Shown here: positions 51,330 through 63,010 of the stretch, piece by piece
Layout: every line of letters begins with the position of its first letter
Numbering within the stretch: position 1 is the stretch's first letter
NCBI GenBank assembly: GCA_035084275.1
Contig: CM068752.1
Span: 14,012,001-14,076,000 of the forward strand
Direction: 5' to 3'
Source: Hydrolagus colliei
Lineage: Eukaryota
DNA: 64,000 nt
The notes under the pieces: generated by a model
Told to the model about the DNA's origin: nothing
Database searches by the model: none
The model's input: only the letters and a program-made list of their open reading frames with translations
Program-made: the position numbers and the translations under genes

Positions 51330-51878
51330 GATTTTAACCCCCACCCCCTTTCCCTCCCTCTCCCTCCTTAACCCCCTTTCTCCCCCCCCTTTTTCCTCCC
51401 TGATTTTACCCCATCTTTGCCTTCCTCTCCCCCCTTATCCTCTTTTCCCCCTTTCTCCCCTAGCCCCACTTCCGCGACTGTTTGTGGGACACTGCTGTGC
51501 GCAATTTTGGCTACCGCGTTTCGCCCACAAATATACAGTCGGTTTTTCTGCTCTCCTTCCCCCTTTCCATTACCCTCTTTTCCCCCTTTTTCCCCAAACC
51601 CCACTTCTACGACTGTCTGTGGGACACTGTTGTGCGCAATTTGGCTGCCGCATTTCTCCCACAACTATACAGTCAATTTTCCTACTTTCCTTCCCCCAAC
51701 CAGTACCCCTCCCCCACTGCTCTAGTCCCTACCTCTTTTCCCCCCTTTCTTCCCTCTTGTCTTCTCCCCCCACCCTGCTCTGGTCCCAACCTTGAGACAT
51801 CATTGTATTCTGTGAAGCGCTTTGAGACGTTGATAAGACGTGGAAAGCGCTATATAAATGTAAGGATTATTATTATTA
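51330..51878 (+). mobile_element. Composite element: pyrimidine tracts with a tandemly duplicated SINE core and SINE tail
   Basis: Two CGACTGT(T/C)TGTGGGACACTG(C/T)TGTGCGCAATTT units about 135 bp apart; (ATT)n tail. Confidence 0.7.
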
Positions 51879-52087
51879 GAGATGTGAAAAACGGTACATC
51901 AATGCAAAGATTGTCTGCAAAACGCTTTGAGGCATCTCAATGATAGGATACAGTGCTAAATCAAATGCAATGGTTAGTACAACCCTCGCGGTTACAGGGG
52001 GAGGTTACAGAGATATTTTAATGTTGCAGCTCAGAGATACTGTGGGGTGAGGGGAATGGGGAGGAGACTCAATGTGTTTTATCAAGT

Positions 52088-52438
52088 GGAGTCCCATAGC
52101 ATAATGACTAGAGTACTCGCCTCGCAATCGAGAGGACCTGGGTTTGATACCTGGGCAGGGCGAGACTGTAACCACACACCTCTGTTTAGTAGTGAGTAGG
52201 AACCCAGTTGTGAGTTGATTGGTGGATGGCTTTCTGTGAGTAATCGGTCGAAAACAAAATAAAGTGGTCACTCAATCCACGACTTTTTCTGGGACACTGC
52301 TGTGAGCAATTGGTTGTCGCGTTTCACCCACAAAATATACAGTGAATCCACTTCACAATTTATTTTACGAAGCGCCTTGAGACGTCTCAACAATGTGATA
52401 AGGTGCTATATCAAATATAAATATTATTATATTATTAC
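52088..52438 (+). mobile_element. Full-length SINE variant with a different, longer middle segment
   Basis: Same head, core and tail as other copies; about 52165-52260 differs. Confidence 0.85.
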
Positions 52439-53770
52439 TAGCTGTAGCCGTTGCAGCTAAGATTGAAAACAGTTTCATTTAATCAGCCTTCTCTCTTTCG
52501 TCTGGAATTTTTATTTGTCCTTGAAAGGCTTGATTTTCACTTCTCAGGCATCTTTATCCCTTCAGATTAAGAAGATGTGCTATTGAACTCGTGAGGTTAA
52601 GACTCAGTGGGAAGACTCAGCAGAAGACTCCTGATAGGAGGCCTATCCATACACATGTCCATACATGTGCGATGGGTGAGTCATGATAGGAAATCTCCCC
52701 CCAAAAATATGCCCTTGACACTCCTCCCTGCAAGACCTTTCCGATGAGGTATAAATCATGTGTTATTGTCGGGCAGACACACAGGCAGACATTTTGTCTC
52801 ATCAATATACAGTAGATATATGTCTCTGGAAGGGTATATAATTTCCTGTCACTACTTTGTTGCAGAATATCATGCCTAGTTATTTTGTTGCAGAATATCA
52901 TACATACTTTTTTGGGGCTTATTTAAAACTTTTTTTTAATATAACTCATCAACAATAGGAAATCTTCCCCCAAAATATGCCAATGACACTTCCCCCATGC
53001 AAGACCTTTCCAATGAGGTATAAATCATGTCTCTACGTCAATTGGTTATTGTGTTCCTGTCGGATGGACAGACAAACACATAGACATTTTGACTTTATTA
53101 AGAAATGAGTAATGTGAGCGGACGGGCAGACATTGTTCCACATCATTCTCACTGGGGGCTCAGTGAAAGCAAAACAGGACCTTTTGTGCACCTAAGAGTT
53201 TGCAGAAAGCTTCTCTTAACAGAATCACAAGCCAGATATTATATTAAGTTCTTTATTAATGTTATAAATCTTAACAGTCCAGTAACTGTTACAAATTTCC
53301 TTTGTAGTCTGTCTAAAGCCAACAAAAAACATCACTATTCGCATGAATCAAGCACAGAGCTCCTGAAACTGAAATGTGAATTCATTGATTCAGTTTTAAA
53401 ATCATATTAAAAATCGGCAAAGCATAGCAAACAAATTTAAAACTTGGTGAGAAAACATTATGTTGTCTAACCTTGGCTCCCATTATTCTCGGCTGCTGAG
53501 TTTGAGCCATAGCAGAAGGCTAGCAAGAAAACTATACATTTCAGCACTTAGCTTCAGAAGAGATCGTGTAGTGAGAGAATAGACAGGTTTTAACCTAAAA
53601 CAGCCAGCTCATGGGACGAGACCTGTAATCAGGTCACTGACACCTCTTTTCACATAACAGAGCAAGGAAAAGAGAAAAATAAATACGTAATAATCCTTAC
53701 ATTTGATTACTTGATTACAGTCCTCCTGACGTGAAAGGCACTATGCAAGTGTAATTTTGTTGTTGTTATA

Positions 53771-54097
53771 CAATAAAACCTCAATAATCCGAAACGGTTG
53801 GGCCCACTCACCTCCCAGATTTGGGAGTTTCCGGTATTTAGAACCTACCCTAAAAATGGCTGGGGAAGCCCAGACCCATACACCACATGCGCTCTAAACA
53901 CTGAAGCCAAACAATGCTCAACCTCCACCCACAGCGCGGCTGACAGAGCGGAGGCGCCAGGAACTACAAACAGCTGTTCCGAACTTCAGGAGATTTGCCG
54001 GATATCAGAAAAAATCTAATACTACATGTATTTAGAAATCTTGCCGGTTTTAGGGAGTTGCCAGTTTTCAGAATGTCGGATTATCAGAGTTTTACTG
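53771..54097. mobile_element. Tigger/pogo-like MITE, family A, opposite orientation to the 28343 copy
   Basis: TA-flanked TIR CAATAAAACCTC / GAGTTTTACTG; GAAATCTTGCCGGTTTTAGGGAGTTGCC. Confidence 0.82.
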
Positions 54098-54482
54098 TAC
54101 TTGGGAGAAAATTCGCACATTTTCAAATTTACATTGCAGGTAGTTTTAGCTTTTTGTTTGACAAGCATTTGATTAACGTGATTAAATTTCCAATTCCCTA
54201 CGTGACCAGCAGTATCACTGAGGAGCTATGGTATAGAAGATGAAGAAACATTAGTTTCTGGAGTAATGGAGTACAGAAACATTAGTACTCCAGAAATTAT
54301 ATTGCTCAAGTTATATTGCTCATAAAAATCTGAATTTATAAGTTGTTTTCTGAAAACCCCCCAATAAATGCATCCACTGCTTGTTAATCAATATCCTGAT
54401 GGCAGAAGTTGTTGTTGAAGGGAAGAAATATTTTCAAAATTAAATCTGCAGTATTTGCCTTATTGCTTGTCCAGTGCCCACT

Positions 54483-54806
54483 GAGCTCCTGCGGCTCATT
54501 GGTTAGAGCACTTGTCTTGCAAGCTGGGGAGACCTGTGTTCGAATCCAGGCAGGTCAGGGCGAAACCTTGGGCATGTTTCCTTACTCCACACGCCTAATA
54601 ATCATCCTCCAAAAAAACCACAATAATAAAATTGATCATTTCAATCCACGACTGTTTGTGGGACACTGCTGTGCGCAACTGGCTGCCGCGATTCGCCCAC
54701 AAACATATACAGTCAATTCACTTTACAGTATATTCTGTGAAGCGCTTTGGGACGTTGATAAGATGTGGAAAGCGGTATAACAAATGCGATTATTATTATT
54801 ATTATT
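54483..54806 (+). mobile_element. Full-length tRNA-headed Deu-type SINE
   Basis: GGCTCATTGGTTAGAGC A box, GTTCGAATCC B box, core, (ATT)n tail. Confidence 0.92.
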
Positions 54807-55509
54807 TCGATGAATTTACGATAAAGTCACACAACCACAAACCCAAACTTCCAGCTGGCCCTTGCACCAGTAAATTCCTCCAAACTTTTCCACTTTGCAA
54901 CACAAATTCAAATGTCTCTGACACTCCCTAATGACAACTGCACATTATCATTTGAAAACCAAAGTAAGAATAGTTTCCAAAAAGCACTCGATTCACATTG
55001 TCCAATTGCTTAGATTGAACTGAAGACAGCCAAACAGAAGTGAACATCCAAATCTCAGGTGACATAACACTCTCACGTCCCTTAAAGGTCAAACTCCAAA
55101 CAAAACAGTCATTGCTGCTATAAATAATAGATTAATTTTCAAACCTAAAAAAAGCTATCATATAGCAGTTTAGAAAAACATTCCAGGTATATTCACCGGA
55201 ACAATAGCCGGAAGATTCGATCAAGCTAGCCTATTTTCCAGCTAAATGTTAATAATAATGTTAATACATTCAAAATAAATATAAGAAAAACACCCTGTAA
55301 ATCCTACCCAACATTTAAAATAAATCAAAATAAGCAAAAATAAATCCTCCCTAATAGCTAAAATTGGAATCACACACGCATACACACCTCTTATCCAGCA
55401 ACAGTGATGTGATCCATCAATATGCTTGTTCAAACCATAAACCTATCCAAATACAGGTGAAATTATAGTTCAGGGCATCTCATTGATGAGGGCAACTCAA
55501 CATCCAGGC

Positions 55510-57031
55510 AAAACACAAAATACTGCAAATGCTGGAAGTCTGAAACAAAAACAAAAATCGCTGGGAACGCTCAGCAGGTTAGGCAGCATCTATGGAGAAA
55601 GTCAACGTTTCGGATCCGCGACCCTTCGTCAGGACTGGGGCTTGTTGGGAGGTAGAGGCTTTTAAGGACTAACAAAGAGGGGGGAAGACAAAGCAAGGAA
55701 GACAAAGGAGAAAATGTGGCAGAGGACAGGAGATGATGAATTAAAGAGGCGTGATCCAACCACAAAACATATATTTCCCTCCCCTCTCAGCATTCTGAAG
55801 GGATCATTCCGTCCGCGGCACCCTGATTCATTCCTCCATCACAACCAACAGTTGCTCTCCTTCACCCGTAATCTTTCCATGCCAGTGCAGGAGAAGCAAC
55901 ACCTGTCCTTTCACTAGGGTCCAGCGATATATTGGTTATATCGATATAATTTTTCATATCGATATGCCGATATCGGAATTTAAAAATATGGATACATCGA
56001 AAAATTCTATATTTAAAAAATCGGTATATCGTAAATATCGGTATATCGTTTACGGTGATATATCGGTATTATCGATATAATGTGAACTTTTCCAACTTAC
56101 CTTGTCGCCAGCACTGCAAACCTCCTGGGCCTAGAGCACAAATGCGCACGCACACCAGAATGCGCGCGTACCTCCGAATGCGCACCCACCTCCGAATGCA
56201 CACGCGAGCCCCCGAATGCGCGCACACCACCCCCACCCCCCGAATGCACGCGCACCCCCCGAATGCGTGCATGCGCAGTATTAAAAAACCCGGAAATATC
56301 GATATATCGGAATATATCGATATGAGCCCATCAAAAATTTCCATATCGATGGACCCTACCTTTCACCTACTCCCAGACCACTGTCCAGGGAGCCCAAACA
56401 CAAATTTCATGTGAGACAGCGATTTGTGTGAACTGTGCTATCACCGATGTAATATACTGTCGAATACCTCCGTTCTGTCCGCAATAACATCCCTGAGCTT
56501 CCGGTTTCTTACCACTTCAATTCTCCTTCCCAATCTCAATCTGACCTCTCCATCCATAGACTCCTACGTTATTCCAATGAATCACAGCGCAAGCTCAAGG
56601 AACAGCACCTCATTTATCTGTTAGGGCCTCAATATTGATTTCCAACAATTTAAGACCATAGCAGCTCACCTTCGCCTCTTCTGTGACCATTACCACATCA
56701 TCTGGGTCCCATACACACCTTTTCTCTTTCTGGTCTGCCTGTTCTGTTGTAATTTCCCCCCTTTTTGTTTTGTATTATTGACACCGCTTCTTTCTAGTTT
56801 TGTTGCACTCGCCCAACTTTGTTTTGTGCCATTAATACTTCTTTAACCCACCATCTCCTCCTCTATGACATTTTCTCATTGGTCTTTCGTGCCCTTCCTC
56901 CCCCATCTCTGTTAGTCCTTAAAAGCTTCTCCCACGAAGGGTTGTGGATCCGAAACGTCGACTCACCTTCCTTTCTCCATAGTTGCTGCCTGACCCGCTG
57001 AGAGTTCCCAGCTATTTCTGTTTTTGTTTCA
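55510..57031 (+). mobile_element. Penelope-like retroelement remnant with inverted terminal (pseudo-LTR) repeats
   Basis: About 200-bp inverted ends (55542-55750 vs 56835-57031); internal degenerate GIY-YIG-like coding remnants; family call from recalled fish repeats. Confidence 0.65.
55915..56358. mobile_element. hAT-superfamily MITE, same family as 33925, opposite orientation
   Basis: TIR TAGGGTCCA/TGGACCCTA; perfect 8-bp TSD CCTTTCAC at 55907-14 and 56359-66; internal tandem CCGAATGCGCAC repeats. Confidence 0.93.
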
Positions 57032-57482
57032 ACATTCAGGCCACCTTTGCAGTTTGTTTTTCTTTTAAAATCCCCAATTCACTCATGAAGTCAACTCAGT
57101 ATTAATGGAAAAATATGCCAAATTATAATCCTTAATAGTGTAACAAGTTTACACTGTATAACATATTTTACAAATTTCTGGCAGCCTAAACAGTACTTCT
57201 GTTCAGACCTCTGAGTGCACCACTTACTTTCACACAATTTCCAGCTGTGTTATCTCATGTTCTAGTTTGTGTTAATAGATCCATTAGTCAATCTTCTCCT
57301 TGAAAGTACGCCAAACTATGCCTTCTCACATCCCTAGTGCATTAATACAGAATGTTATACAACTCTGAAAAGCTCGCTTATGAATCTTGTGTTTTTCTGA
57401 AGAGGATGCTTCACATCGCTACCCCGACCCAAGCCTCCCAGCTAAAATCAGTTTATTTCCTAGCGCTAACATTTTCAGTGTA

Positions 57483-57714
57483 AAGGTTGAGCGTCCAAAA
57501 TCTGGAGTTCCGGAATCTTGAATGTGACAAAAATTGCAAGAATAAAAATGCCAATCCTACCTGTTCCAGGCCAGGTCTTCACAGTCACCTCACTGAAATA
57601 TCGCAACCCGGGCCCAGGCATTTCCGGACACGTGACGCGCCTATGACATTCTGAGGTCCAGAAATACCCGAACCTGGGTTCAGCTATGGGCACGAATTCA
57701 GGACACTCAACCTG
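57483..57714. mobile_element. Tigger-like MITE
   Basis: TA-flanked AGGTTGAGCGTCC / GGACACTCAACCTG. Confidence 0.75.
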
Positions 57715-57823
57715 TACTAGCGAAGCCCTCTGGTAGATATAACTGCTATTGAAGGCTACACCACTTTAAATACAACAATAAAATATTAAAATGTTAGTAA
57801 ATACAACAATAAACAATAAAATA

Positions 57824-58111
57824 CACAGTCCTCGACTTACTATTATTGAAGCCACAAAGTATCCTGCCGCTTAAGCTCCTCCCATATGGGAGGGGTTGCA
57901 CTGCACTGCTTAACTGAGGCAAGCTAAAGACTGAGTATGTGTTGCGGGGTCAGCCGGGAGAGACGTTACCCATGAGAAGCCCGTGAGATTTAAAGTGTGC
58001 GTAAACATTCGTTATAGCGAACGCAGCCTTTGTTAAACGGATAAGTGGTACAAATAGAAACCTTCGTTACAGTGAATTTTCTTTAACCGGGTGTTCGGTA
58101 AGTGGAACCTG
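57824..58111. mobile_element. Tigger-like MITE
   Basis: TA-flanked CACAGTCCTCGACTTAC / GTAAGTGGAACCTG; subterminal TTCGTTA motifs. Confidence 0.6.
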
Positions 58112-59713
58112 TATACATTAACAAAAATGCTGTGTTTTCAAAAAAGAGTCAATAGCAGAAGTCAACACAACTCCCCAGTAGAACTTCATGTATTTCACAG
58201 GTAGAGAATAACGAATGAAATGATGGGACCCTAGGGATTCAGCTTCACGTTCAATGTTAGAAATGATAAAATGGATTACCAATCAATCTTCGCCATTATT
58301 TACAAATGCTATTTCACATAATTTCTGTTAAATCACCATTTAAGCAATACTATGTATAATTTACCACCATAAATTTGCATTCATCCTACAATTCACAGAC
58401 CAAGAAGTGTACTCATCTAGTAATCAACTGCCGAAATAATACAAGACTATTATCTATGATATCATGATGCAGCAGAGATGGATAAACAATGGGCATCTAC
58501 AGCACACCACAAAACACAAAACAATTATTGAACTGAAAATTATTAGCTTATGCACTAGAAGTGATCACGCCATAACTCCTCAGTGTGAATTTCAGGCGCA
58601 AATAACAAAACTTTACCAATTTCCCCAATCTGGGGAGGGGGGGTGGGGAGAGAGAAGAGAGAAGATCTAGACACAGAGCACCTTTGTTTAAGAAATATTC
58701 TGATCCCTTTTAGACTGCTAATCACTCGCAAATTTCTGGTAATCTACATACCAGAGATAATTAAAATACTTGGAAGTGATTTGTTTTATTTCGTATCTAG
58801 ATTTTTAAAAATCTCTTGATTTGTTTCAACAATTTCTTTTACACCACATTAAAAAGATATCATCAAAAAATTAAGTTACACTTTCAGGATCAACATTTTT
58901 ATTTTAGCTTCTTTACATTTATATAGTGCCTTTACAGTCTGGAAACATCTTAAGGCACTTCTTTGCAATTATTTTTCAGATTACTGCTACATGACCTGTA
59001 TTAGTGAGTGTTGTCAACTGCCTCAGCTGACACAGATTCAAGTCACTGCGTCAAAACCCTGGCTGAGTAGCCATACTGCTTCTCACTTCACTTTGATACT
59101 CCTCCCATCAGGTGATCATGAGGACACTCCCAGACTTTGCTGGCCAGAATGTATCATAAAAGGAATTGGAAATCCCATGGAAGCCCTTTTCAAGTTGTTT
59201 TTATTCATCATTGGCAGATTTTACACTTCAGTTGTGCATTATTGGCAATAGTCCTGCTGGTTTCCCCTCTGGATAGCATCTTTTCAAGCTTCACATATCT
59301 GCCATTGTTGACATCTATGAGAAACTATCAGTACCACTTTGGCATTGCACCTGACCAACCAGAAGTGAATATCATCAATTAATTCATCCAGATAATGTAC
59401 TATGATCATTGCTCATTTTATGAAAATATATCTCCACAAAGAGAGTTTCTGAAGAGATTCCCAAATACAGTGTTTTGATTCTGTGCCTTCAAAGATTTGT
59501 AATTAAACGTTATAAGAAATGCTGTTTGGTATTCAGTTGTAATCCAGTAGTTTGTCAGTCCCTAACTGTTGTGACATATATTGTATATTAAACAGGAATA
59601 AATAAATAGATAAATAAATTTGTTAATCAGATTATTCTGCCTTTTATTGCAACTGATGGCATTCAGTCGAGTGAAAATTGTAAAAGGGCAATTGAGCAGA
59701 AACATTCAGAGTA

Positions 59714-60413
59714 CAGTGGAAGCACGTTTTAGCGGCACCCGAGGGACTTGACCAATCCCGGTTAAAGCATTCGGGCAGCCCGCGGCCAAAAACCTTCTTT
59801 TAACATACACCATACACACCAGACTAAGTAATAACAGATAATAACAGAATATTATATTGGTACTTATTGTTAAAACTACTCTCTTGCACTTCTCACCTTT
59901 ACTGATTGAGGTTTACAGTCCAGCGATTCTTTTTTAAATGGAGGACGCCAAGCGGGTGAAAAAACGGCAGCGTAATATTAAAGTCACGTGACTTTAGCTG
60001 CAAGCCAAAGCCCTATACTCTACTAGCGGCAAACCAAAATACTGCACCTGCGCGACAATGTGGGCTATCGGTTAGCGTTACCGGCTTGCCGCTAGTATGA
60101 CTTTTAAGTCATACATGCTCTGCTTTTTTCACCCGCTCCATTTTAAAAAGAATCGCTGGACTATAAACCTCAACCGCAGCATCATGGCTTCAAGCGCGGC
60201 ATCTACCAGCAAAGGTAAAAAGCGCAAGAGAGTAGTTTTAACAATAAATACCAATACAATATTGTGTTATTATGTTATTATTTATGCATTTACAAATGCT
60301 CCACTGCTATTGTTCCGGATAAATTCCGGTTTATCGAATGGGGACTTTTTTTTTGGCGTGCCGGTTATACGAAGTGCCGATGCATCAAATCACGGATAAA
60401 TGGGCTTCTACTG
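59714..60413. mobile_element. Tigger/pogo-derived MITE with a long internal inverted repeat
   Basis: TA-flanked CAGTGGAAGC / GCTTCTACTG; internal arms about 59830-59970 vs 60120-60280. Confidence 0.82.
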
Positions 60414-61642
60414 TAGTTTTTTTTAAAAAGTGTTTGGCACAAAACAAGAAATACTTAAACAAGAAAATTTATCTTGTTGGCTAACTATAAAGGTTGTCCA
60501 ACCAGAAAGGTTGGTTACCACCAACCGGCCTATGTTACAGCTGTTGGATACCTTTAAAAAGTTTCTTGTTCCTCTCCACCTCAATCTAATTTGCAGAAGT
60601 TTCCATTAAGCAAGAAATAGTAATATTATTGTAAATCAGGACATGTGGAATGTTTTTAAAAATTTGATTTAATTTGCATAACCTGCATTTATGAAGTTTG
60701 GATTGGTCATTTACAAAAGCCGGAATTTGCATATATGTTAGCAACCTAGTTCATTTACATAAGACAGAGCAACAATTCCACTTACATGATGCATTGGGCC
60801 ATTAGAAAAGTGCTGCAATGTTTGCCCCAAAACTTGGGGTGTTTACCAACTCCTCCAAACAGTTAGGTCTGATTGTTGCTATTGAGACGCATTTTATGAA
60901 ACCGCTTCAGCACCTTGGTACATCCTCCCGACATGAAAGCTGCTCTATCAATGTAATTTCTATGTTGTTGTTATTCTGGCACCCTCATGCTCCCTGGCAT
61001 CCCAACATTCCTCACACCACACATGCACGACTGGTGCCGCTCCACCCACAGTAGCAGCATCGAGCAAACAGAGCGCAGAGACCCGGGGTCGAGCACACTG
61101 CGTACAGGTCTGAAGTGGAGGAAGGCGCTTGTAGCGGATTCCGAAAAAAAAAGTCTGTATTGGCCCAGATGATGGCCCAGATCTTAAAGCGCTCTGAGAT
61201 GCCCTCCGGCGCTATATAAACCGAAGTTGTTGCTGTTGTTGTTGTTAGCTTGCTGCAAGAATGAAATAGAAAGGTCCAAATTAGCAGCATTTTCCTAGTT
61301 AAATCAATGTGTCCATTCATGAAGTTCCAATCTTACAATATTAAGCTAGTCCCCTGCATTTTATAGTGTTTTCTAGAATACTACATAAATGGAGCTAGAT
61401 TTAAAGTCCTACACAGGAGTTTGTTTTCATAAGATGCCCCATTTAATGATGCAAACTTCATTCAAATGCAGATTTGGTTAAAGGGGTCAAAATATGATTG
61501 CTGGGTGTTCAATTGCACTGGAAAGAATACAAGAACATTTATGTTTTGTGAGGTACAATAAGAACCTTGAATAGCTCTTTAAGGTCAAAGCCAATATATG
61601 GTTATCTGGGGAGTTAAAAAATTCAAATTAGTTTTATTCCCA

Positions 61643-62616
61643 CTAATGATCTGGACTTGGGTGTACGGAGTACAGTTTCCAAGTTTGCAGATGACACTAA
61701 GTTAGGGAGAATAGTAAATAGTGAGGAGGATAGTAGCCATCTGCAAGAGGATATAGACAAATTGGTAAAGTGGGCAGACACATGGCAGATGAAGTTTAAT
61801 GCAGAGAAGTGTGAGGTGATGCATTTTGGGAGAAGAAATGAAGGGAGGCAATATAGGCTAGATAGTACAATTTTAAATGGTGTGAAGGAACAGAGAGACC
61901 TGGGGATTTGTGTTAGTGACTCGTTGAAGGTGGCAGGACAGGTAGACAAGGCTATTAAGAAGGCATATGGGATACTAGGCTTTATAAATAGGGGTATAGA
62001 GTACAAAAGTCAGGAAGTGCTGACTAACCTCTATAGGACTTTGGTGAGGCCTCAGCTGGAATACTGTGTTCAATTCTGGTCACCACACTACAGAAAGGAT
62101 GTGAAGGCATTGGAAAGGGTACAAAGAAGATTTACTAGGATGGTGCCAGGATTGAGGGACTTCAGCTATGAGGAGAGGCTAGATAGGCTAGGGTTATTCT
62201 CTCTGGAGCAGAGAAGATTGAGGGGAGACCTAATAGAGGTTTATAAGATCATGAGGGGTTTCGACAGGGCAAATAGAGAAAAACTATTTCCACTCGTGGG
62301 TGAATCTGTGACTCGTGGTCACAGATTTAAAATAGTTTCAAGGCGAAGTAGAGGGGAGCTGAGGAGAAATGTTTTCACTCAGCGAGTTGTTCGAATCTGG
62401 AATGCATTGCCTGAAAAGGTGGTGGAGGCTGATTCGATAACAACTTTTAAAAGGGAATTAGATCTTTATTTAGGGAGAACAGGTCTATTAGGCTATGGGG
62501 AGCGGGCAGGGCAGTGGGATTGAATCGCTCTTTTCAAAGAGCCGGCACAGACTAGATGGGCCGAATGGCCTCCTTTTGTGCCATAAAATTCTATGAATCT
62601 ATGAATCTATGAATAA
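61643..62616 (+). mobile_element. CR1 LINE, 5'-truncated, with an uninterrupted RT C-terminal ORF (61657..62523)
   Basis: KFADDTKLG...WQMKFNAEKC...LVRPQLEYCVQFWSPH...WNALP; (ATGAATCT)n tail. Confidence 0.97.
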
Positions 62617-62901
62617 AGTAAATGCAAAGAAAACTAAGCAGCATACTCCTACAGCAGTTAGATAGGCTGCTGTGCAACAGACGAATACCATCCACAACAA
62701 AAACAACATCATACACATTATAAACCACTCCATTAACAACTAATATTAAATTCATGTTGAGACTGTCATAATCTGGCTTAGCAATCAATGCTCTTGAAAA
62801 TTAATCAATTGTCCCATTTTATGCCCTTATCCTTTGTTCAACTGGAAGTAAAATCATTTCTAGCAGTAAATTGATTTCAGAAAATGAAATGTAGAGCTTG
62901 A

Positions 62902-63010
62902 TAATAATAATACTTGCATTTGATATAGCGCCTTACCACATCTTCGAGACATCTTAAATCGCTTCACAGAATATACTGCAAAGTGTAGTGACTGTGTATT
63001 TTGAGGGCGA
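62902..63010 (-). mobile_element. 3' fragment of the Deu-type SINE
   Basis: TAATAATAATACTTGCATTTGATATAGCGCCTT...GCTTCACAGAATATACTG. Confidence 0.8.

Noticed and set aside
51328-51943. Several overlapping Pro/Leu/Phe-rich ORFs of 98-155 aa
   Set aside because: By-products of pyrimidine tracts and SINE sequence
56140-56280. Regularly spaced short repeats superficially like a CRISPR array
   Set aside because: Eukaryotic intron; imperfect tandem units without unique spacers, inside a hAT MITE; no cas genes
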